Part shown: positions 17,807 through 26,284 of the stretch, piece by piece | How the letters are laid out: every line of letters begins with the position of its first letter | How positions within the stretch are numbered: the stretch's first letter is position 1 | Assembly (NCBI RefSeq): GCF_900095195.1 | Contig: NZ_LT606950.1 | Span: forward strand, 240,001-272,000 | Direction: 5' to 3' | From: Polynucleobacter necessarius | GTDB taxonomy: Bacteria > Pseudomonadota > Gammaproteobacteria > Burkholderiales > Burkholderiaceae | DNA length: 32,000 nucleotides | Made by a program: the position numbers and the translations under genes | Notes under the pieces: generated by a model | What the model was told of the DNA's origin: nothing | Seen by the model: the letters and a program-made list of their open reading frames with translations, nothing else | The model's database searches: none

Positions 17807-18592
17807 ATGAATGAAAAAGCATCGGTATATACAAAAAAGATACTCATAACGGGCGCTTCGGGGCAGATGGCAAGCATAGCCCGTGATTTATACTGCAGTC
17901 ATTCTGTGGAATTATGGTCAACCAAGGATCTTGTTCTCAGAAAAAATGAAAGTTTACGAAAATCAGCCGACTTAGCCGATTCAACATGGTGGAAGACCTC
18001 TCAATTTAAGGTAAATTACGATATTATTTTTCATTTTGCTGAACCAGTTAAAAAAAAACTAACCCCAGATATTGTCGAAAAAATAATTGAGAGCCATACA
18101 GCTTTTTTAATCAATGCAACGAAATACGGCGCAAAAGTGGTTTATCCACTTACCGCTTATAGGTATGATCAGTCTCTGTCATTTAAAAATAGACAGTATA
18201 GAAATATTAAAGAGCGTGTAGCAATGACATTGCTGAAAAACGAGAAAATACTTCTTCCAATATTGCATCCAGTTGTAGATTTTGGTAATGGACTAAATTC
18301 AATCAGAAATCTCGTTAATAAAGTGCCAATAATTAATCCATTCTCAGAATTTAATGCTGAATTACCAGTTCTGTGTGAACATGATTTGAAGAGTTACATG
18401 CTAAACATTGAACAACAAAAAAGTGGAGCGACTAATGTGTATACTGAAATATTAAAAATAAAAAAAATTTTTAACAACCCCAATAAAAAAGATATAAGTT
18501 TTATTTCTGCACTATTAAAAACATTAATAAATACATTGCCAGATAGCGGTATAAAAAATATTTTAATTAATGGAAGAAAGATATATGATTAG
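17807..18592 (+). CDS. NAD(P)-binding Rossmann-fold protein (divergent epimerase/dehydratase/reductase-like)
   Basis: KKILITGASGQMASIARDL (GxxGxxA) and a QYRNIK (YxxxK-like) motif. Weak, family-level call. ATG 17807 preferred over TTG 17804. Confidence 0.45.
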   Translation: MNEKASVYTKKILITGASGQMASIARDLYCSHSVELWSTKDLVLRKNESLRKSADLADSTWWKTSQFKVNYDIIFHFAEPVKKKLTPDIVEKIIESHTAFLINATKYGAKVVYPLTAYRYDQSLSFKNRQYRNIKERVAMTLLKNEKILLPILHPVVDFGNGLNSIRNLVNKVPIINPFSEFNAELPVLCEHDLKSYMLNIEQQKSGATNVYTEILKIKKIFNNPNKKDISFISALLKTLINTLPDSGIKNILINGRKIYD

Positions 18593-19229
18593 GTTATTTG
18601 ATATATCTTTAGCTATATTTTTTTCCCCACTTTATTTATTATTATTAATAATAGGGTCAGTATTAAAACTGATAATTGATGGCAGGCCAATTTTTTACAT
18701 ATCCAAAAGATGCGTCAAAAATTTGAAAGAAGTAAAAGTCTACAAGTTTAGGACAATGATCAATGAAAGGTTGCTCATTGAGAATGAGGTTGCGAAGTAT
18801 ACAAAAAATGGGTTTGAGACTATACCATTACGATCAAATATTTATACCCCCCTGGGAAGAATTTATGAAAAATTTCAATTAGTGGAGCTACCCCAATTTT
18901 TAAACATTTTGATCGGCGAAATTTCATTTGTTGGATACAGGCCGCTTCCAGAGAAAAATATCAAAAAATTAACAAATGATCTAGGTGGCGATTTAGTTAC
19001 TCAAAGACACAAATACAATGCTGGTCTAACTGGCTATACTCAATTAATTGGAAAGATAAATTTATCTCCGACAAAGCGTTTGCAACTTGAAATACAGCTT
19101 GGTCAAGATCTATATGAAAACGGATTAATTATGGCCTCGAAAACATATTTTTCATTAATCCTCGATACAATAATACTGATAGTTTTTGATAAAACGATTT
19201 TTATTAACAGGGAAAAATTAATTGAATAG
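18585..19229 (+). CDS. Small monotopic phosphoglycosyl transferase (bacterial sugar transferase, PglC/WbaP C-domain family)
   Basis: MIRLFDISLAIFFSPLYLLLLIIGSVLKLIIDGRPIFY (re-entrant helix), VYKFRTMI, and LVELPQFLNILIGEISFVGYRPLPE. ATG 18585 overlaps the upstream stop. Confidence 0.8.
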   Translation: MIRLFDISLAIFFSPLYLLLLIIGSVLKLIIDGRPIFYISKRCVKNLKEVKVYKFRTMINERLLIENEVAKYTKNGFETIPLRSNIYTPLGRIYEKFQLVELPQFLNILIGEISFVGYRPLPEKNIKKLTNDLGGDLVTQRHKYNAGLTGYTQLIGKINLSPTKRLQLEIQLGQDLYENGLIMASKTYFSLILDTIILIVFDKTIFINREKLIE

Positions 19230-20268
19230 TAGTTTTAAAAATATTTTTTTGGTATCAAGCGCGCTCCAGTCAATAACTATTTTCTTATTGCTAAAAAGAG
19301 ACCCGCAATTAAAAAACAGCTCAATTATTTTTTTTGAGAATGAAACGGCTCTAATTCCCAGGTCATTTAAAAATGTAATTATGATCGAATCCACGAGGGG
19401 AAATCGAAAAGCAATAAAAAATAACTTTAAAAAAATAGAAAATTATGTGGATGGGAAACCTGTTCTATGGGTTTCTGATTTATTTTGGCCGATGAATAAT
19501 TTTACCTACACTTCGTTATTGAAATCTAATAAATTATCATCAATTAATTTTTTTGATGAGGGAATGGTCCTTTATTGGCGAAAGAATATTGGTTTAATCC
19601 GTTTTCTTAGAGAGGCATTAAAGTCGCTTACGCTAAAGATAGCGTTGGGTTGTTATTCATTTCTGCCTACAAAACCATTTTTTGGGATAAAAAAATTAGG
19701 AAAAATTTACGCTTACCATAAAGATTTATTGAAACACGAGGGTGTGCAAGAAATTAATATTGAGTCAAATGATTTGGAGGAATTTCGAAATGCTCTTGAT
19801 ATAAATTATTCGCATTTATCCAAAACAAAAATAGATGGTAAGTGCACACTTTTTTTAGCTGGCCCTTATTACCGTTTAAGTTCAGCATCTGAATTCGCGG
19901 TTTTATTAAGAAAATTGGTTTCTTACCTTAACTATTGCGGTTTCCATAATCTAATTGTTAAGTTGCATCCAACTGAGTCAAAGCAGGACTATTTTAATTA
20001 CTATCAATGCCATGGTTTTAAATTAATGGATTGTGTAAATAGTTTTCCAATAGAGGCCTACGCTGATTTGATGGGCGATATTGATTGTGTTGTGGGTTTT
20101 AACTCCTCCGCACTCTTAAACTTAAAAAAGTTTGGCTATGAAGGAAGATTACTTTCTTTCGGGCTTGACTACGTGTCAAATCTAGCTAAGTTTGACGTTG
20201 ATTTAACCGCGAAGCAAACAAGAATTTTCGGCGCCAAGGGTGTCGAGTTTAAAGACTTTTATGATTAA
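19222..20268 (+). CDS. Sialyltransferase-like glycosyltransferase (candidate pseudaminyltransferase)
   Basis: FDEG (D/E-D/E-G motif, codons 19555-19563) and KLHPTES (HP motif, 19966-19971), plus NIFLVSSALQ and GFNSSALLNL, parallel the motif order of GT52/GT38 bacterial sialyltransferases. No other family signature was recognised. Confidence 0.5.
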   Translation: MNSSFKNIFLVSSALQSITIFLLLKRDPQLKNSSIIFFENETALIPRSFKNVIMIESTRGNRKAIKNNFKKIENYVDGKPVLWVSDLFWPMNNFTYTSLLKSNKLSSINFFDEGMVLYWRKNIGLIRFLREALKSLTLKIALGCYSFLPTKPFFGIKKLGKIYAYHKDLLKHEGVQEINIESNDLEEFRNALDINYSHLSKTKIDGKCTLFLAGPYYRLSSASEFAVLLRKLVSYLNYCGFHNLIVKLHPTESKQDYFNYYQCHGFKLMDCVNSFPIEAYADLMGDIDCVVGFNSSALLNLKKFGYEGRLLSFGLDYVSNLAKFDVDLTAKQTRIFGAKGVEFKDFYD

Positions 20269-20280
20269 AATGATGGTCAA

Positions 20281-20811
20281 ATGGATATGATCAGCAGCCT
20301 TGCAAATCAATATTGCAAACTTTCGGCTTTCACATTAGAGGATGTAACAAAGTCTTACGTGAATTGGCTTAATGACAGGGAAATAAACCAATTCTTAGAG
20401 TCAAGGTTTGAATTTCACACTATTGAATCTGTCTTGGAGCAAGTTAGTTTGTGGATTAATAATACAAGCTATATGTACTACACGATTCGTTGTCCAGTTA
20501 CAAACGAGCATGTTGGAAACATTAAATTAGGTCCAATCAACAAATATCATCTTACTGCAGATATTGGTTATGTTCTAGGGAACAAGGAGTTTGCAGGAAG
20601 AGGCTTGGCTACTAACGCTTTAGTTTTATTATCCAATTACGCTTTTCAAAGTGGAGTAAAAAAAATTACTGCAGGCGCATACGAATCGAATATTGCTTCA
20701 ATCAGGGTGATGGAAAAGGCTGGCTATTCACTTGAATGTATTAGAAAGTCACACGTTGTATTTAATGGGGGGCGTGTTAATAGCCTTTTATATTCAAAAT
20801 ATGCAGTTTGA
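20281..20811 (+). CDS. GNAT-family N-acetyltransferase (RimJ/RimL-like)
   Basis: VNWLNDREINQFLESRF, GRGLATNALVLLSNYAF (acetyl-CoA binding region) and MEKAGYSLE. Confidence 0.75.
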   Translation: MDMISSLANQYCKLSAFTLEDVTKSYVNWLNDREINQFLESRFEFHTIESVLEQVSLWINNTSYMYYTIRCPVTNEHVGNIKLGPINKYHLTADIGYVLGNKEFAGRGLATNALVLLSNYAFQSGVKKITAGAYESNIASIRVMEKAGYSLECIRKSHVVFNGGRVNSLLYSKYAV

Positions 20812-20820
20812 CTGTAATTG

Positions 20821-21231
20821 ATGGGGTGCCAATTGATAAAAAAAATTGAGAAAAATAATTTACTCTTAGGAATTGTGATGCAATCGAGTTTTCGGTTAAA
20901 AGAAGGTATCGAATTCATTACAGATGAAAACTCAGAATTTCAACTTGGTTATATGCATAGATCGAGAAATTATGAGGTTAGGCCGCATTTTCATATTCAG
21001 AAATTAAGGCAAATTTCTCAAACTTCAGAAGTTTTGATCGTAAAGACTGGCTCTATATGCGTCAGTTTTTTTGATTGCGGCGGAGATTTTGTATCATCAG
21101 AGGAGTTATCTGATGGCGATATATGTATGTTTGTTGCGGGTGGTCACGGTGTTAAATTTCTCGAAGATAGTGACCTTATAGAGATAAAGCAGGGGCCCCA
21201 CCTCCCCGGTCATGATAAAAAATTTATTTAA
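20821..21231 (+). CDS. Cupin-fold protein (WbuC / sugar ketoisomerase-like)
   Basis: About 137 aa. His-containing RPHFHIQK, and GDICMFVAGGHGVKFLEDSDLIEIKQGP, typical of small cupins in polysaccharide loci. Tentative. Confidence 0.45.
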   Translation: MGCQLIKKIEKNNLLLGIVMQSSFRLKEGIEFITDENSEFQLGYMHRSRNYEVRPHFHIQKLRQISQTSEVLIVKTGSICVSFFDCGGDFVSSEELSDGDICMFVAGGHGVKFLEDSDLIEIKQGPHLPGHDKKFI

Positions 21232-21234
21232 CAA

Positions 21235-22368
21235 ATGAAATACTACCCAGTATCAGAGCCATCATTCATTGGTAATGAAAAAAAATATTTACAGCAATGT
21301 ATAGATGAGGGATGGATATCTTCAGAAGGCCCTTTTGTAGATCAATTTGAGAAGAAATATTCAAAAGCAGTAAATAGAAAGCATGGAATTGCTGTTTCGA
21401 GTGGTTCTGCTGCATTAGATATAGCTATAAAAGCGATTGGTATAGGCGCTGGCGATGAGGTCATAATGCCAGCTTTCACAATCATATCCTGTGCATCACC
21501 AATTGTCAGGGCTGGTGCTACGCCGGTTCTTGTGGATTGCGATCAAAGTACCTATAACATGGATGTTTCGCAAATTGAAAGGATGATAACCAATAAAACT
21601 AAAGCCATTTTATTGGTTCATATCTACGGCATTACCGCTAATGTTGATGAGGTTTTAGCGCTTGCTAAAAAACATGGGCTAAGACTGGTCGAGGACGCCG
21701 CAGAAATGCACGGTCAAGTTTATAAATCTAGACCATGCGGTAGCTTTGGCGATATTAGCATTACTAGTTTTTATGCAAATAAGCTTGTTACTTCCGGTGA
21801 AGGAGGCATGCTAATGACCGATGACGATGCCTTAGCAAATACCGCAAGAAAACTACGTAATCTGTATTTTGATAATGCAAAAAGATTTATACATGATGAA
21901 TTAGGCTGGAATTATCGTATGACAAATCTTCAAGCTGCGGTTGGTTTGGCGCAGTTAGAGAAAATGGATGAATTTGCAAAAATTAAAAGAAGAATTGGCG
22001 AATATTATTTAAAAGAGCTGGAGGGAGTTGATGGAATTCAGTTACCCGTTTATCAAAACGAGTATTGTAAGAATATATTTTGGGTATTTCCCCTGCTCTT
22101 AAATAAATCTTATTTGGGTACTGCGGTTGAATTTGCGAAGTTGTTGCAAGCAAAGGGGGTTGGGACGCGCCCCTTTTTTTGGCCCATGCACAAGCAGCCA
22201 GTTTTTTTAAAGATGGGCTTTTTTAAAGATGAGGTTCATCCTATCTCGGAATACATATCAGAATATGGCCTATATATCCCATGTAGCGTTTCGTTACTAG
22301 AGAGCGATGTGATCGAAATATCTAACAGAATTAAGATGGTAGTTTCTGAGTTGAAGGATAAATTGTGA
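21235..22368 (+). CDS. DegT/DnrJ/EryC1/StrS-family sugar aminotransferase
   Basis: SEPSFIGNEKKYLQQCIDEGWISSEGPFVDQFE, PLP-Lys context SFYANKLVTSGEGG, and NYRMTNLQAAVGLAQL. Confidence 0.85.
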   Translation: MKYYPVSEPSFIGNEKKYLQQCIDEGWISSEGPFVDQFEKKYSKAVNRKHGIAVSSGSAALDIAIKAIGIGAGDEVIMPAFTIISCASPIVRAGATPVLVDCDQSTYNMDVSQIERMITNKTKAILLVHIYGITANVDEVLALAKKHGLRLVEDAAEMHGQVYKSRPCGSFGDISITSFYANKLVTSGEGGMLMTDDDALANTARKLRNLYFDNAKRFIHDELGWNYRMTNLQAAVGLAQLEKMDEFAKIKRRIGEYYLKELEGVDGIQLPVYQNEYCKNIFWVFPLLLNKSYLGTAVEFAKLLQAKGVGTRPFFWPMHKQPVFLKMGFFKDEVHPISEYISEYGLYIPCSVSLLESDVIEISNRIKMVVSELKDKL

Positions 22369-22390
22369 GCAAACAATCAAAGCGTTGAAG

Positions 22391-23557
22391 ATGCGAATAC
22401 TAGTTGTTTATGATGTTGCCTACCCCTTTACTCAAGGGGGTGGCCAAAAGAGAATGTGGGAGGTGGCCTCAAGGCTTGCTAAAAATGGCAACCATGTTGA
22501 CTGGCTATGCTTTAAAACATGGAATGAATCTGATTGTAATCCTAGTTTGCACAAGATTAGATATCTTGGAATTCCAGGCTACAAAGGTTTATACAGAAAA
22601 AATGGTAAGCGAAGATTTTTAGAGCCAATAGAGTTTATTTATTCAATTTTTATGAATAGAACCTCATTAAAAAACTACGATATAGTTTGGCTAGGACAAT
22701 GGCCATTAAGTCACATTATTTATTTTCTTTTCTTCAGCAAAATTGATAGAAAAAAGCTATTTGTTGATTGGTGGGAAATTTGGGGTCATACTTGGCTTCG
22801 CTACTCTGTTGCGGTCGGATGGATAGGTTATTTGTTGGAAAAAGCTTTGTTGTGGATGATATGTAAGTTAGCTAATCTTATAGTAATCTCAGAAAAGTCA
22901 TTAGAGTATATCGAACATACTAAATGTATTTCAAAAAGTTCAGTAAGCATGATTCCGAACGGAATCAATTATCAGGTATTAAATTTAATAGAGTCAAAAG
23001 CAAAAATTTTCACGCTAGTTTATTTCGGTAGATTACAGAAACATAAAAATGTTGATTTATTAATTTTGGCTGTGGATTACATACGAAACCATAGTCCATT
23101 TAATGTAAATTTACGCATTATTGGGAATGGCCCTGAAAAAACTCGCTTGGAAAATTTAATCCATATGCATTCACTTGGTGAGCTTGTGGAAATCATTTCC
23201 GATGTAGAATCAGACTTGGATTTTTACGAATTAATATCCGAGGCTTTAATATTTGTTAATCCCTCAACCAAAGAGGGGGGCGGAAGCATTACTACACTTG
23301 AAGCATTCGGACTTGGTTTGCCAGTCATTGGCTTTGATTGCAAGGACGGGGTTGATCCAAGTCTCTTGAGGGTCGAAAGAGGCGGTATTTTAGTTGATAA
23401 GGTATCTGAAATAACACTCGGAAATACGGTAATTAAGCTCCTAAACGATAAAAATTTAGTGACTACATTGTCGGAGAACGGTAAGAAATACTCCAAAAGT
23501 TTTGATTGGAATGAAATAACAATTCAATATGAATTGTTATTTTCTAAGAATAATTAA
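22391..23557 (+). CDS. GT4-family (GT-B) glycosyltransferase
   Basis: MRILVVYDVAYPFTQGGGQKRMWEVASRLAKNGNHV and NPSTKEGGGSITTLEAFGLGLPVIG (EX7E-like). ATG 22391 preferred over TTG 22385. Confidence 0.8.
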   Translation: MRILVVYDVAYPFTQGGGQKRMWEVASRLAKNGNHVDWLCFKTWNESDCNPSLHKIRYLGIPGYKGLYRKNGKRRFLEPIEFIYSIFMNRTSLKNYDIVWLGQWPLSHIIYFLFFSKIDRKKLFVDWWEIWGHTWLRYSVAVGWIGYLLEKALLWMICKLANLIVISEKSLEYIEHTKCISKSSVSMIPNGINYQVLNLIESKAKIFTLVYFGRLQKHKNVDLLILAVDYIRNHSPFNVNLRIIGNGPEKTRLENLIHMHSLGELVEIISDVESDLDFYELISEALIFVNPSTKEGGGSITTLEAFGLGLPVIGFDCKDGVDPSLLRVERGGILVDKVSEITLGNTVIKLLNDKNLVTTLSENGKKYSKSFDWNEITIQYELLFSKNN

Positions 23558-24546
23558 CTAGGAAAAATTTCTCTCGCCTTGCTATGGTTGCCAATATATT
23601 GCTCAGTTTGTATTTAGCTCCTATTGAAAAATATATTCAGCTTCATAGGACATCTAAATAATTCATTTTGATTCTTTTAATCTAAATAGTTTGAATGCTT
23701 AAAAAGCGGTAACGTCACCCTGTATCAAACTTAGAAGTTTTTCATTATGTAGAAGTAGACTTTTAGGTTGGGTTTAATGCGTATTAAACTTTGTATACTT
23801 TTTCAAAAATTATTGTGGCGCCCTATGCAAAGGTATTTTTTAAGCACACTTTTTCTAGACTATGTGTTCTCTGCAGAACTGATAAAGGATTATTGCAAGG
23901 CAATAGGCATAACCTAATTCCGTCTGTAAATATCACATTGCATATATTCTGGAAGCTTGCCAAACAGTTTAAATGCTGTAGCCAAATTTAAACATTTGGG
24001 TGATCTGAGTGTAGTTTTTAAAATATGAGTAAGTTTCCCATGCTGACGCATATCCAAAGTTGTGACATGAGACAGAGTGCTATGTGTTGTGAAACTAACG
24101 TACCCTTTTTAACTCTGCGTATAGCGCACGATTAGGTGGTCTGAAGTTAGTCCTTTATCATCCCGAATGTCGAGTCGCCTAATAAGAAAATGCGAAATTG
24201 TACTTATGAATATAAAATTAAGATTTTAAAGTCTTTGAATATGAATTTAGACGCCATTACAACAGTTATGAGCACATCATTCTTAAAATATCACTCGGTA
24301 TATTTTTGCCATATGTCTAAATCCGCTATGATTATCGCAGACTCAGGCAGGGCTGTAATTATATTAAGATCCAATAATTCTTTTATATCGCGTATAAGGA
24401 TTGTACAATAAAGAACAGTAAATATAATTTAAATATTCTTAATCCATCAATTCAATGTCGGAAATTTAATTCTAAATAGCGTCATGACTGGAAAAACGCT
24501 CGCCTGTACAAGATTGGATTTTGTCTGAAGCGAAGCAACTATATCT

Positions 24547-25508
24547 TTAGGCATAATAAATTTGAGATTCAGGAACCAAACTCAAGAACAAATACTCAAA
24601 GAAGCTAATCAGATGCACTACACCCTGCATAGGGTGGTTCTGCCAATAGCTAATGTAAGCGCTCCAATAAAGAAGGTGAGGTACATTAGGGTTATATTGA
24701 GACTGCTAATACCTAGGCTAAGAGGGAGCTGGGAATAATTGCTATCGCAGCAATAGTTGGAATGGATAGGCCAATACTGGCTAATGCTGAACCGAGTGCG
24801 AGATTAAGGCTGCTTTGCAAACGATTGGCTTTGACTGCTCGGACAGAAATACGCATGCTGAAAAGCCCAGCAATCTCAAGACTGTCATCAGCGTCATTCT
24901 TCTCATTTTTTCTCTCGTTATTGTTGTTGGTTTAGCTAAGTTACCCGGCCCTGCTATAGAAGCAGGAGTGAAAGCAGCTGGCGCACCTAAGACGATTGTG
25001 GGTATTGCCATTGCGATGCTGGTATTACTACCAGAGGGTTATGCTGCTGCCGTTCTTTTGATCTTCATCTTTCGGTAAATAGTAGTCACGGTGACTAACG
25101 GTTTGAAAAAATAAGAACGCGACGTACAACACAAAAGAAGCAATACCTGCAAAGGCTGGCCGACTTTTTGTAAAGTCCGGCCCCGGGGTGCTGGTGGTCA
25201 CAATCGGCATCACCAAAATAAAGGTTCCTAGGGCTGTTAAAACTGCTGGCGCAGAATTGGTGCCCTCATTGCGAAAGGACATTTCATGATGGTGGAAACC
25301 GCCAATAAAGATGCATAAGCCATATATGGTGCGCTCGTATTAGCAATTAGCGTGACCATCATCGAAGTATCACTCATTATTTCCATGATGTTGCTGGCCA
25401 TGATGGCTCTCAGTTTGTTGCTCGAGATGCTGTTTTTGCGACCGTCATGATTGTGCTCAATGGTGTGATTGGCTCACCTGCCTTGTGGGCGATCACTTCT
25501 GCATGATG
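24547..25508 (-). pseudogene. chaA: Ca2+/H+ antiporter (ChaA-like) remnant: 5'-truncated, frameshifted, with two internal blocks inverted
   Basis: Five colinear blocks match successive ChaA regions. They are HHAEVIAHKAGEP (minus, 25470-25508); IYGALVLAISVTIIEVSLI...ARDAVFATVMIVLNGVIG (PLUS, ~25322-25473); GLCIFIGGFHHHEMSFRNEG...FLFFQTVSHRDYY..KDEDQKN (minus, ~25055-25321); HAEKPSNLK...AGAPKTIVGIAIAMLVLLPEGYAAAV (PLUS, ~24848-25054); and VRAVKANRLQSSLNLALGSALASIG...GRTT..QGVVHLISFF (minus, 24547-~24847, with extra frameshifts). Confidence 0.65.
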
Positions 25509-26142
25509 GGCTGCAGCAATCAATACGCCTGCGAAGGCTGCGGTCAATGAAGATAGTGCGTAAGAAAATGTAGTTACTTGGCTAGTGTTAATCCCCATCA
25601 AGCCTGCAGCATCGCGATCGTTCGCGGTTGCAACCACTTGCTTTTCCGTAAATCGTTTTACGGTTGAAGAACTCTACCAATAACATCATCACCAGAGCGC
25701 CTACAACCACCAAGATTTCCATCGGAAGAATATTGGCGCTAAAGAAATTCATTGGCACCATTGGCAATGGTGCTGGGAATGGCAATGCATCACGACCCAA
25801 AATATTTTCAGCAACGTTTTTGAAAATGATTCCGAGCGCGATGGTGGACATAATTCATCCGAACTCGGATTTGATTTTGATAGCGGGACGCACACCAATT
25901 AATTCCACAAAACTACCTTGCAACATGCCGAACAAACACACGATGGGGATTATGACCCAGTAGTTGAGTCCGAAAGTATCCACACAGGTTAGGCAAAAAA
26001 GCGCGCCCAACATCAGGACTTCACCTTGTCCGAAGTTCAATGTGCCGGAAGTGGCAAAAGTAAGCTGGAAACCGAAAGCGATTACCGCATAGATCATCCC
26101 CACCGCGATACCGCTTGAGAGGATGTGAGCAAGCATGTCCAT
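25509..26142 (-). pseudogene. livH: Branched-chain amino acid ABC permease (LivH-like) remnant: two frameshifts, 3'-truncated
   Basis: Three minus-strand ORF pieces read through as LivH: MDMLAHILSSGIAVGMIYAVIAFGFQLTF...IKSEFG / (W)IMSTIALGIIFKNVAENILG...NRKTIYGKA / VATANDRDAAGLMGINTSQVTTFSYALSSLTAAFAGVLIAA. Frame breaks lie near 25852 and 25632. The last third is missing, and the remnant abuts chaA sequence. Confidence 0.7.
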
Positions 26143-26200
26143 TGTGCCTGCCTAAAATTTATAAATACTTCTGTTTTATGAATGAATCCAACATTGTAAG

Positions 26201-26233
26201 CAAAACGCCGCCTTTTGGGCGGCGCTTTGTTTT
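26201..26233 (-). terminator. GC-rich hairpin terminator after the binding-protein gene (potentially bidirectional)
   Basis: Stem cgccgcc (26206-26212) / ggcggcg (26218-26224), 5-nt loop, flanked by A4 on one side and ctttgtttt on the other. On the minus strand it reads gcgccgcc-caaaa-ggcggcg-TTTTG. Confidence 0.6.
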
Positions 26234-26284
26234 ATCCAATGTTGCAGTGCAACAAGTACTTATTGCCTGCGACTGAAGATCAGA

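Noticed and set aside
4262-18058. A8-A9 and T8 homopolymer tracts inside island genes (for example 4262-4270, 5356-5364, 18050-18058, 9683-9690), considered as phase-variation switches.
   Set aside because: In Lys/Phe-rich genes of about 20-30% GC, such tracts are expected from composition. All are currently in frame, and there is no population evidence here. The one exception, the A6 tract in the GDPD-like gene, is reported separately.
23982-23999. Small palindromes in the junction: ccaaat-ttaaac-atttgg, and the nested gtttaaat...atttaaac.
   Set aside because: The stems are only 6-8 bp and all AT-rich. Such palindromes are common by chance in AT-rich DNA, and this one has no flanking T-tract or adjacent gene end.
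23791-24411. Small plus-strand ORFs (23791-23991, 24190-24411) in the AT-rich junction.
   Set aside because: They have no RBS and no family resemblance, and their residue composition is odd. In such AT-rich DNA, ORFs of this size are expected by chance.
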